Virus record (IMG/VR): IMGVR_UViG_3300018005_000018
Span: 1-56,022 of that record
DNA: 56,022 bases
Direction: 5' to 3' (one strand)
Origin: a virus
Lineage: Duplodnaviria > Caudoviricetes
The notes beneath the pieces were generated by a model. The model saw only the letters and a list, made by a program, of their open reading frames with translations. It was not told the DNA's origin and did not search any database. This document shows positions 45,040 to 53,083 of this stretch, in pieces (within the stretch, counting starts at the first letter, position 1; each line of letters opens with the position of its first letter). A program made the translations under genes and the position numbers.

Positions 45040-45538
45040 CTTCGTTTTTGTTATTGGTTTCGTTTTCAAATTGTTTTTTCTCAATGGCCGCCAGCGGTTC
45101 ACATAGGCGGGCCTCAATGTCGGCAACCTCTTTGCGCAGCAGTGGTTCGCTTTGCATGAGTATGCGGCACTTGGTTTTTGAAAAGTGTATGTTATCCCGC
45201 TTTGGGCCAAGCGTTTTGGCAACTTCATGCTCACTGCCGAACTGTACGGCAAGGTGTGCAATAACTTGGCGGGCACGCACAAATTCCTTATACCGGCGTT
45301 TGCCCCGCACGTCTTGTAGGGGCAATTTGTAGTAATCAGCCACGGCACTTTCAATGAGTAGCAACTGATGGGCCTGCATAGTTTCGGCCTTGGCGTTAGG
45401 CTTCCATTTAAGAAATTCCGTTAGCAACTGTTCAGGGCTGTTTTCGTTGCGGTGTTCATGGTAAAACTGCGCCCAAACCACCATTTCATAGAAAGTGTAT
45501 TGGCGGCCGCGCAGGGCTTGTCGTTTGTTTTCTGTCAT
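44993..45538 (-). CDS. Protein with DnaA C-terminal (domain IV-like) HTH
   Basis: IESAVADYYKL...VRGKRR...VRARQV...EVAKTLG.KRD. Confidence 0.75.
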   Translation of the reverse strand: MTENKRQALRGRQYTFYEMVVWAQFYHEHRNENSPEQLLTEFLKWKPNAKAETMQAHQLLLIESAVADYYKLPLQDVRGKRRYKEFVRARQVIAHLAVQFGSEHEVAKTLGPKRDNIHFSKTKCRILMQSEPLLRKEVADIEARLCEPLAAIEKKQFENETNNKNEDDTIEQHEQQPADRG

Positions 45539-45631
45539 GGCTGCATAATTTTAAGTCGCACAAGTTCATTGTAACACCGCATTGTCGCGGGTTTCGGGCA
45601 GGCGGGTGAGTATTTCCTTCACCTGTGCCAT

Positions 45632-45761
45632 GGTATTAAAATTAAAAGTCCCGCAAACAGAAGGCTCATCAACTACACCCGGAGGGATAATTGCATCTGC
45701 TTTTGGGACTAATATAATTTCTTTTGATTCCATGATGTAGTTAATGAGCACTACAAATATA
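45632..45761 (-). promoter_or_regulatory. Promoter plus A-B-A'-B' structured RNA leader
   Basis: TATATTTG 45754-45761; 16/16 pairing (2 G-U) of 45734-45749 with 45664-45679; 13/15 pairing of 45696-45710 with 45647-45661. Confidence 0.7.
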
Positions 45762-45779
45762 TGTAAAATAATCCACATC

Positions 45780-46196
45780 TCATAAAGTTTTTAAAGTAAT
45801 TTCCGTGCGTGGTCTCTCTGAATAAAGTTTATATGCAGTTAATTGACAGATAAGTGCATCATCTTTGTAATAGATTTTATTGAGTGCATCCTGGACAAAT
45901 TTTGTCAAATTATCTAAGTCTGGTCTTCCTGAATGATGTTCCGGTGCGGAATCTTTTAACATATCACTGTTTTTACCGCTTCTGTAATGAGATCGGGGTC
46001 TGGACATGTAGAACACCAACTCCAAGGCAATAGGCTCGGAAATCGGTTCTTTTGGGGCTTCCTGTTGAATTATTGAGGCAAATGTTTCTTTTGACTTTGC
46101 AGACGGATCATAACTGCCAGAAAAAGTCCCTCTGGTAAAATGCCTGTGCCTTGCTTGTGCCTTTGGCTCACCCAATATTGTGCGTTTTATTTCCAT
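45780..46196 (-). CDS. rusA: RusA-family Holliday junction resolvase
   Basis: GEPKAQARHR...RPDLDNLTKFVQDALN..YKDDALI. Confidence 0.92.
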   Translation of the reverse strand: MEIKRTILGEPKAQARHRHFTRGTFSGSYDPSAKSKETFASIIQQEAPKEPISEPIALELVFYMSRPRSHYRSGKNSDMLKDSAPEHHSGRPDLDNLTKFVQDALNKIYYKDDALICQLTAYKLYSERPRTEITLKTL

Positions 46197-46426
46197 TACT
46201 TCTTCACCTCCGTTCCTATTATTTTCAATTGTTCTGGCAGAAAACACATCACCTCTCCTGTCTTGACATGCTGGCAAATTGCAACTGTAAAACTCACTCC
46301 TGTCTCATTGATAATGTCCATTTTCAATCCCCAATGTAACAAAAAATACAAGTCTTTCTCAATTGGCGATTCATCTTCTTTCAGTTCACCCTCTTTCTCA
46401 TATGTTACCTCTGCCAATGTTCTCAT
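46196..46426 (-). CDS. Hypothetical protein
   Basis: LHWG...TVAIC...TGEV...PEQLK. Confidence 0.6.
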   Translation of the reverse strand: MRTLAEVTYEKEGELKEDESPIEKDLYFLLHWGLKMDIINETGVSFTVAICQHVKTGEVMCFLPEQLKIIGTEVKK

Positions 46427-46741
46427 CTTTTATGTATTTCCAAATCCATCCTTGTTTTGTCGGTGTGCCTCGAAGCATTGCTTTGTATATCCCATCAGCC
46501 GTAAATCCTGTCTTTCTTGCTGCCTCTTTTTGGCTTCCAAAAGTGTTCAATAAATTATCTTGTGCATCATCTGACCGATTTTTTTACTTCCATGTCCAAA
46601 TTCAATATGTCTGCCTCTCTCATATCCTGCCACCCATGCCAGATCAACATATTTCCTCACTTCTCCTATGCAGTCCTCACAGACTATCCCTCCCATCCTC
46701 ATGTCCCTCACAATACGATTAACAGCAATATCTTTCTCCAT
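46398..46741 (-). pseudogene. NUMOD1-type DNA-binding protein split by a 1-nt frameshift
   Basis: KKIGQ then, in another frame, DAQDNLLNTFGSQKEAARKTG...GWIWKY; one base missing near 46570. Confidence 0.7.
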
Positions 46742-46744
46742 AGG

Positions 46745-47848
46745 TTAATAACATTCCTGATTGATCTTGACAAACTCTTTCATAAGTTGTTCTTCTGTAG
46801 GTTTCTCCTTTATGCGATTATTGAATGTACGTGATTTTGCGCCTTTGCGTTCGCTCCAATCAACTGTTCCCAGTCTGCCAAAATCAATCTGCTCAGCACC
46901 AGCTAATGTCAAGTCTTTTACTAGAATGTTCTTAATACTGTCCCTTTCATCATCAATAATACCTTTGATGCCATTAAGGACTTTATCACGCTTACACAGA
47001 TCATAAGTACGCATTGTCCCTTCGATAGAATCTCTTTCCCTGAGAAATTTCTCATTCATAAAAGATGTATATGCCTCCGTGTGATCCGGCTCAGGTTCGT
47101 ATTTCTGAATGATAGCATCGTATTTCTCCACTTCTGCTATGTTACCTGCCTTCTCTGCCTCCTGCTTCTTGGAAAACGCTTCTTTCGCGGGTAAAACACG
47201 ATTTTCCCAAAACTGCTTGCTTATGTCAATGATGCGTGTGCAAAGACCATCATCCCTTTGAACTTTCTCAACCATGAACTCATTGCCGTCTTTTAATATA
47301 GCTATCTCTGCATAATCGGTTTCTAGAATAATCATATAGACATGAACCTGTATCAGATAACTTATGGGGATTCCGTCGATCCACATTTGGCTTGACCAAT
47401 AACTAAGTGTCTTAATTTCGAGTACTGCCTCCGTTGTTAATTTCTCGCCTGTAAGAAGATTAATCCCCCCCTTAATATTCTGTATCCTGTCAAATGAACC
47501 AAATAACCACGGATAAGTCGGATTGACCACAAGTCTATTAACATTTCTGCATTGGCGAATAATCTTATTATTTTTGAAGTTTTCAATCCATCCATCATTT
47601 GTACCATCGTAAAACTCCCATAACTTGGCGATATTATCCTCCATATATCTTCCAAAGAACATCTTTGCATTGTCAATCTGTCGTGGTTCTGCCATGCCGA
47701 TTTTTTCATAGAAGGTGCGTGTCACAGTATCGTATTTATTTAATCCGAGTACCGTACTCATCTCACTTCCTCCTATTCCTGATTGACGGTATTTGAACCA
47801 TTCAGAGGTTTGCTGCGGTATATATGTTATTATAAGATCACTTTTCAT
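46745..47848 (-). CDS. YqaJ/lambda-exonuclease-family recombination nuclease
   Basis: EWFKYRQSGIGGSE, FGRYMED, GSFDR, LEIKT, QVHVYM. Confidence 0.9.
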   Translation of the reverse strand: MKSDLIITYIPQQTSEWFKYRQSGIGGSEMSTVLGLNKYDTVTRTFYEKIGMAEPRQIDNAKMFFGRYMEDNIAKLWEFYDGTNDGWIENFKNNKIIRQCRNVNRLVVNPTYPWLFGSFDRIQNIKGGINLLTGEKLTTEAVLEIKTLSYWSSQMWIDGIPISYLIQVHVYMIILETDYAEIAILKDGNEFMVEKVQRDDGLCTRIIDISKQFWENRVLPAKEAFSKKQEAEKAGNIAEVEKYDAIIQKYEPEPDHTEAYTSFMNEKFLRERDSIEGTMRTYDLCKRDKVLNGIKGIIDDERDSIKNILVKDLTLAGAEQIDFGRLGTVDWSERKGAKSRTFNNRIKEKPTEEQLMKEFVKINQECY

Positions 47849-48098
47849 AACAATCTTTTTTTGGTAATATCATTATCAATTTTGGTGGCACAATTGTTAC
47901 ATATTCCTTCTGTAATATAATGGCATCCTTAAGGTCTTGTGGTAAATGATCATAATTTAATTCTTCATAAATACCTTCTTCTTTCGTTTTTTTATACCAA
48001 TAAGGCATGTGGTAATATTTATCACCTGAAGCAGTAATTACAATAGTTGAAACCATATTCAGGATTTCTTCGCGTTCTTTTGAGAATTTTATTTTCAT
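47838..48098 (-). CDS. Hypothetical protein
   Basis: 86-aa coupled ORF. Confidence 0.55.
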   Translation of the reverse strand: MKIKFSKEREEILNMVSTIVITASGDKYYHMPYWYKKTKEEGIYEELNYDHLPQDLKDAIILQKEYVTIVPPKLIMILPKKDCYEK

Positions 48099-48520
48099 AT
48101 ATTCAATGCTTTAGGTGGCTTAATATCCAATTTTAATGGCAGTAACTCTTTGTATATATCGCCAAAGATTGCTGCAAGCATATCGGCCTGCGCATTCATC
48201 ATTTCAGCCTCCTGTTTACCATCATTACTAATGTTCGCATACCAAATGTCATACCATTTTGATAAGTTATTCACAAGTGTTTCATGCTGCTCCACAAGTT
48301 TTAATGCCTCGAAATAGAAGTCCTGATAGAATTGAAGCCATTGTGACATTATAATCAACTTGGCATTGGCTACCTTTCTCTGTTCATCATCACGCCATGG
48401 GTAGCTCTTATCCTCCATGATGACCTTTGCTTCTTTTACTTTTGTCTCTTGTGGATCGAGTACTTTTTGTTTCCACTGTTCTAGCTTATTGGCAAAAGCA
48501 TAATTGTTAACATTGCTCAT
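48095..48520 (-). CDS. Hypothetical helical protein
   Basis: Start MSNVNN preferred. Confidence 0.6.
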   Translation of the reverse strand: MSNVNNYAFANKLEQWKQKVLDPQETKVKEAKVIMEDKSYPWRDDEQRKVANAKLIIMSQWLQFYQDFYFEALKLVEQHETLVNNLSKWYDIWYANISNDGKQEAEMMNAQADMLAAIFGDIYKELLPLKLDIKPPKALNI

Positions 48521-48770
48521 AGTAAAATATTTTATATTCATTAGTAAAATAATGATCAACATCGTCAATGACAATAACACTGCAACTTTTTCGAGGAAAC
48601 TTAACCTTATCTCCTATTTTGATGTTCTTACAAGCCTTTCCTGCCTGTATTACAATACCTGTCTCTGCTAACATCTCTTTCGATGTTCCGGGTATTATTA
48701 ACTTTCCTGTCTTTGTTCTTTCAGGTAAGTTGTCTGGCTTAATTAAAACTGCGTTTCCTAATATTTGCAC
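48507..48770 (-). CDS. groES: Co-chaperonin GroES
   Basis: LGNAVLIKP...TKTGKLIIP...GIVIQAG...IKIGDKV. Confidence 0.9.
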   Translation of the reverse strand: MQILGNAVLIKPDNLPERTKTGKLIIPGTSKEMLAETGIVIQAGKACKNIKIGDKVKFPRKSCSVIVIDDVDHYFTNEYKIFYYEQC

Positions 48771-49261
48771 TACTTCTTTCCTTTCTCTTCTTTTGGTGTA
48801 TAGTTTTTATCAATGAACTCCTCAAATAGTTTAATGAAAGTCTTGCCGGCATGAACAGCCTTTTCTTCTGATTCAAAGCATAGGTGCGAACTGACATTCG
48901 TATTCGTGTTATCGTAGTTGTAATCCGCATACGAAAAACCGAACCCGGAAGAAAAATTAAAATATGGCCACCATTTTTTTTCATCGCTATTATTCCAGTC
49001 CGGGATCCATCCCTGGTTGATTGCCCTTATTACTGCTTTCAATTTCATATAGGCAATTTCATCAGAAGTATCAGAACAACTGAAAACTTCACTTGGATCA
49101 AGTTCAAGTTCTTTGCAGGCATCTTCGAAGGTTTTGATATCCCTGAAGTCTTTCTTCCGGAAGCAATCTTTACCAAATGCTTCCTCCAGCTCCGCCTTAA
49201 ACCAGTCTTCTGATTTAGGATAGAGTTTCTTTGCTTTTTCTTTGTTGATTTCCACTTTCAT
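48770..49261 (-). CDS. Conserved Bacteroidota phage protein
   Basis: IKTFEDAC...KL..VIRAINQGWIPDW...WWPYF...LCFESEEKA. Confidence 0.7.
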   Translation of the reverse strand: MKVEINKEKAKKLYPKSEDWFKAELEEAFGKDCFRKKDFRDIKTFEDACKELELDPSEVFSCSDTSDEIAYMKLKAVIRAINQGWIPDWNNSDEKKWWPYFNFSSGFGFSYADYNYDNTNTNVSSHLCFESEEKAVHAGKTFIKLFEEFIDKNYTPKEEKGKK

Positions 49262-49265
49262 GAAA

Positions 49266-49814
49266 TTAGTATTTAGCTGTTATGAACTCCTCGTTCCCGG
49301 ACATAGCATTATATAAGTCCTGCCTTTCTGGTTCGGGGATAGGTCTGATCAAACATAACTTTAAGTTCTTATCAAGCCATGTATAAAAATAGTACGATCC
49401 TCTGTACGCAATTCTAAAAGTATATTTTTCATCAAGATCCATCTCTACAATACCTCGCTTCACCATGCGTGCCAAATCTTTTGTCTGAGTGATCTCGGCA
49501 TTATAATTCTCTTCAGCATCCTTCAATGCTTTTTTTGCATCAGTCATGGCGTGTTCTGCATCAGACCATTTTTTTTCAAATACTGGAACAATGTTTTCAA
49601 GTAGGTCAGAATATTCCTCACGAATATCTACTTTTTCTTTGTTGTCCATGTGACGACTTGCTGTCAATGGTTGGTTAACAGCTGTAAGTTTTCCTCCGAT
49701 AAACTTAGCCATATCTTCTGCTGTATCAAATACTCCAAATGATTCTGGCATATTACTGCCATCATGTGCCACTTGAAATTCAATGTGTGTTGGTCTGTAA
49801 AATTCGTTCTTCAT
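49266..49814 (-). CDS. Hypothetical coiled-coil protein
   Basis: 182-aa ORF. Confidence 0.6.
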   Translation of the reverse strand: MKNEFYRPTHIEFQVAHDGSNMPESFGVFDTAEDMAKFIGGKLTAVNQPLTASRHMDNKEKVDIREEYSDLLENIVPVFEKKWSDAEHAMTDAKKALKDAEENYNAEITQTKDLARMVKRGIVEMDLDEKYTFRIAYRGSYYFYTWLDKNLKLCLIRPIPEPERQDLYNAMSGNEEFITAKY

Positions 49815-49833
49815 AGCAATTTATATTAAGTTA

Positions 49834-51780
49834 TTAAAATGGTAATTCCTCTGATTCATCACTCTCAAATACTTCTTCTTTTTCAGGATTAAGTTTCCCT
49901 TCAATGGATTTGACTTCTTTCTTCTCATCAATAATAAAAAATCTCCCTCCCTTGCTGTAATCCATGCGCATCCTGATCTTACCCATCCTGCCAATCTCCT
50001 CAAATCTTATCTTCTCAACATTTACAACAGTTGGTGCATTGCTGTCATAAATTATCTTATCATCCTCAGTAGCATCATCCGGTATTTCTATTGCAGGACG
50101 TTTCCTGTTTGTATATCGATGCAATATTATTCCAATATCCGGTTTTTCCTTCCATGCCGAACTACCTTTGATGTCATAAAGACAAGGCATCCTATAATTA
50201 ATACCTACTTTCTCAATCTTAGTAGGGTGCGCAATAAGAATACAATGAACATCATAAACATCACAGAAATTGACAATATAATCAAGCTGTTTGCTTATGA
50301 ATGTTGTTTCGGTCTGGTTCTTTGGTTGCTCATGCTCGATCTTATTCCACGCATCAATAACGAATCCAAAGATATTCTCCGTCTTTTTGAGGTAAATAAG
50401 ATACTGTAAGAGACTTTCCATACTGTTAACATGATCACTATCCACCTTTCCGTTCCATGTCTCAAAATTGAGCTTATTAGGCGATATAAAGAAGAAATGT
50501 TTCTGGATATATCTCATGGTCTTTGCACGGAGTTCTTCCGTCATGGAGTTCTTAAAACCCCTTCTGAATGATTGCCCTGTTATTACCTCTGCCACTTTTG
50601 CCTGTTCTCTTGATACGGGACGGTTTTCAGGAGTGAATAATGCCCATTTGATAACTTCTTCGTTATTGTGGCGCACAAATTCCGAAAGATACCATCTTGC
50701 CCAAACTGATTTTCCAGCAGAAGGTAATCCTGTAAGTACAGTAAACTGTTTTCTTTTCAGAGTAAATAATTTGTCTAATTCTTCGATGCCAATTCCATAT
50801 CCCGGAGTAAAACCATCGGCAGCAATCATCTCCAATTCCTCTTTTACATCCTGCGGCCTGATAATGCCCCTTATCGGGAATGATGACAGATTATTGTAAC
50901 ATTCATCCACACCTTCCTTGCCCAATGCCGGAAGGAGAACATCAGACTTATTATTGCCCTTGAACACATCGTTGATGTCTTTATAGCCAATCGGATAGTT
51001 TATGTACTTACACCTTTCCTTTCCAAATATAAAAGCTAATTTGTCCCTCAGAACACGACCTGGCGCATCATTATCAGTTGAGAAGATTATCCTTTCAACA
51101 TCTTCAAAAACACTTTTCATATATTTATCATTGGCATAATCGAACTCATGGTCAAACTCTTTTGCATCAGGATTAGGTGCTCCCTGTGGTACGCTGACCA
51201 CATTCTTATAGCCACACTGTTTCCATGTCAGCCAATCCCATTCACCTTCAGTTATTATGACCTCTTTTTTATCTCCCTCATCAAATGATAATGATTGCAT
51301 ACCAAGAAAGATAGACCTTGTACCAAGATTCTTAGGCATCTGCCACCATTTTGGCGCATCCTGATCAGGTTTCCATCTTACATTAAAATATTTTACATTA
51401 ACAAGTGTCTCATTGATATAAAATGGGAATCCCATGATCGGTTTGCCAGACATAGAATATTCATAAATCTTTTCTTTCTGTGCAACCTTCATGTCTATAC
51501 CACGCTTTTCCAGATATTCCCTGACCTCTTTGGAATATGTCTCAGCAATTTGTTTTGGCATCTGCGATTTCTCCAAGACCTGATTATATTTGTCCATCAA
51601 ATCCAGATTACCACTCCAATAGCAATGATGACATTTAAAGTACCTGTTATCCGGTTCATTATTCACGGTAAGACAATGAACATTCTTATGATGCTGACGT
51701 GTCTCATTGCACTTCGGGCAAATGGCAGTCCACCGTGTACGTCCTTCTAATACTTTTATGCCAAGATCGCTAAATTCCAT
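49834..51780 (-). CDS. Bifunctional primase-helicase (T7 gp4/Twinkle-like)
   Basis: CPKC...CHHC zinc finger; ITEGEWD and TDNDAPG TOPRIM; GLPSAGKS Walker A; VIDAWN; IAHP. Confidence 0.93.
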   Translation of the reverse strand: MEFSDLGIKVLEGRTRWTAICPKCNETRQHHKNVHCLTVNNEPDNRYFKCHHCYWSGNLDLMDKYNQVLEKSQMPKQIAETYSKEVREYLEKRGIDMKVAQKEKIYEYSMSGKPIMGFPFYINETLVNVKYFNVRWKPDQDAPKWWQMPKNLGTRSIFLGMQSLSFDEGDKKEVIITEGEWDWLTWKQCGYKNVVSVPQGAPNPDAKEFDHEFDYANDKYMKSVFEDVERIIFSTDNDAPGRVLRDKLAFIFGKERCKYINYPIGYKDINDVFKGNNKSDVLLPALGKEGVDECYNNLSSFPIRGIIRPQDVKEELEMIAADGFTPGYGIGIEELDKLFTLKRKQFTVLTGLPSAGKSVWARWYLSEFVRHNNEEVIKWALFTPENRPVSREQAKVAEVITGQSFRRGFKNSMTEELRAKTMRYIQKHFFFISPNKLNFETWNGKVDSDHVNSMESLLQYLIYLKKTENIFGFVIDAWNKIEHEQPKNQTETTFISKQLDYIVNFCDVYDVHCILIAHPTKIEKVGINYRMPCLYDIKGSSAWKEKPDIGIILHRYTNRKRPAIEIPDDATEDDKIIYDSNAPTVVNVEKIRFEEIGRMGKIRMRMDYSKGGRFFIIDEKKEVKSIEGKLNPEKEEVFESDESEELPF

Positions 51781-52106
51781 TATATCTTTAGGTATTTTTC
51801 ACTCTTGCTGTTTCTTATGACAAACTTCGGACCTTCGTTCTCCTCGTCAGAAAACGGGAAGCAATAATCTAACTCAGTTGTTAAAACAGAATCCCTATAA
51901 GAAGGACGCATCTTATTTGTTATCGTAGACACAGCCATCTTTGTTAATTGCGAAAACTGATTTACGGTAAACATATTGTACCTTAAATATGTCCTTACCA
52001 TCTCAATAGGGATGCCTGTTCTTTCCGATATTGCATCGTTGAGTGCCTGATCTATTTTTACAAATTGGCATTCGATTCCGCTTATTAAACCAAATTTTTC
52101 TTCCAT
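51780..52106 (-). CDS. Putative HTH DNA-binding protein
   Basis: TVNQFSQLTKMAVSTITN; TATATTTG at 52133-52140. Confidence 0.55.
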   Translation of the reverse strand: MEEKFGLISGIECQFVKIDQALNDAISERTGIPIEMVRTYLRYNMFTVNQFSQLTKMAVSTITNKMRPSYRDSVLTTELDYCFPFSDEENEGPKFVIRNSKSEKYLKI

Positions 52107-52198
52107 GGATAATTATGATTAAATATTCGCAACAAATATAATAAATATATAATACAATACAAATAAAATAAACAAATTATTTTTAATAACCACAAAAC

Positions 52199-52225
52199 AA
52201 AAAGAGGCTATCCGTAGATAACCTC
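52199..52225 (-). terminator. Rho-independent terminator after holin-like gene
   Basis: GAGGTTATC-tacg-GATAGCCTC + T5. Confidence 0.8.
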
Positions 52226-52251
52226 CATTTTATGAGTCTGTGCGTGCGTTG

Positions 52252-52998
52252 TTAAAATGTAACAGTCGCACCAAGCAAAAGTCCGATTTTACTATTACCT
52301 ATATTATAGTCAACACCAACGTTTAGAAAATCAAATGCACTGACTGTTAATGCAGGCTTTATGGATGCTATGGAGATATTCTCCATGTTTGTACCCAATA
52401 ATAGCAAGAAATTAAAGCCAAATGTGTTTATAAGCGTACCATCAGCATTTGTAGTGTAATAACGATACCCTACTCCCGGACCGACTGCATCCAGTGCAGA
52501 TGACTGCCATTGCTTTGATAACTTATCATAAGTTAGCTCTGTTGCTACAATAGCTGCTTGAAATCTCCATAGCCACATACCCGGTGTTGCTAGTTGTGCT
52601 GTGGTCTTAATAATTGTACTCTTTACTTGGAATAGATTCTTAGGTACAGGCTTCCAAATACTTACTCCATCCTGTGCATGTGCAGTAATTCCTATTCCTG
52701 ACATGATAACCGCCAAAATAAGAATCTTTGAGGCATTTTGAATTGGTGCAACCTTCATAGGCGTTGCATTTTTCTCTGTTGTCAACATCTGTCCCTGTGA
52801 ATTTGTTCCAAGATTTTTAAGAACATAAGCAAGACCAGCACTTAAAGCTATCATTCCAACAGATTTAAATAATGCTAGGTCTAAAGGTTTTCCGGCTGCG
52901 ATGGCTTCATACAAAAAGGTTATGACGGCTGTAATAAGTGCAACCACTAATCCTTTAAAAAAGTCACGAGCATTTAATGTAAAAAAGTTTGATTTCAT
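52252..52998 (-). CDS. Holin-like 2-TM domain fused via an internal signal sequence to a putative beta-barrel
   Basis: FTLNARDFFKGLVVALITAVI...AGLAYVLKNL; KILILAVIMSGIGITAHA/QD; amphipathic strands ending LLLGATVTF; TATATTTG at 53050-53057. Confidence 0.65.
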   Translation of the reverse strand: MKSNFFTLNARDFFKGLVVALITAVITFLYEAIAAGKPLDLALFKSVGMIALSAGLAYVLKNLGTNSQGQMLTTEKNATPMKVAPIQNASKILILAVIMSGIGITAHAQDGVSIWKPVPKNLFQVKSTIIKTTAQLATPGMWLWRFQAAIVATELTYDKLSKQWQSSALDAVGPGVGYRYYTTNADGTLINTFGFNFLLLLGTNMENISIASIKPALTVSAFDFLNVGVDYNIGNSKIGLLLGATVTF

Positions 52999-53083
52999 TT
53001 TAGATGATTTTAATATTATGTAAATCCTATACATTGTAGAAACTTTCATCAAATATACAATTATTTCTGAACTTCAAATAAAT

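Larger units (their letters stand above)
43190..45628. mobile_element. GC-richer foreign insert of phage genes
   Basis: Visibly more G/C, especially at third codon positions, than flanks (by eye); bounded by a truncated HNH-AP2 gene and an orphan leader+ATG. Confidence 0.65.

Noticed and set aside
43198-45354. TAG at 44341 is in frame with the next ORF, suggesting amber recoding as in some crAss-like phages
   Set aside because: All core genes are intact in code 11, TAG ends several normal genes (34357, 38836, 43198, 53084), no suppressor tRNA seen; better explained by a deletion junction
45769-45777. TAATCCACA as a DnaA box near the DnaA-IV-like gene's promoter
   Set aside because: Single copy with a mismatch at a conserved position; expected by chance
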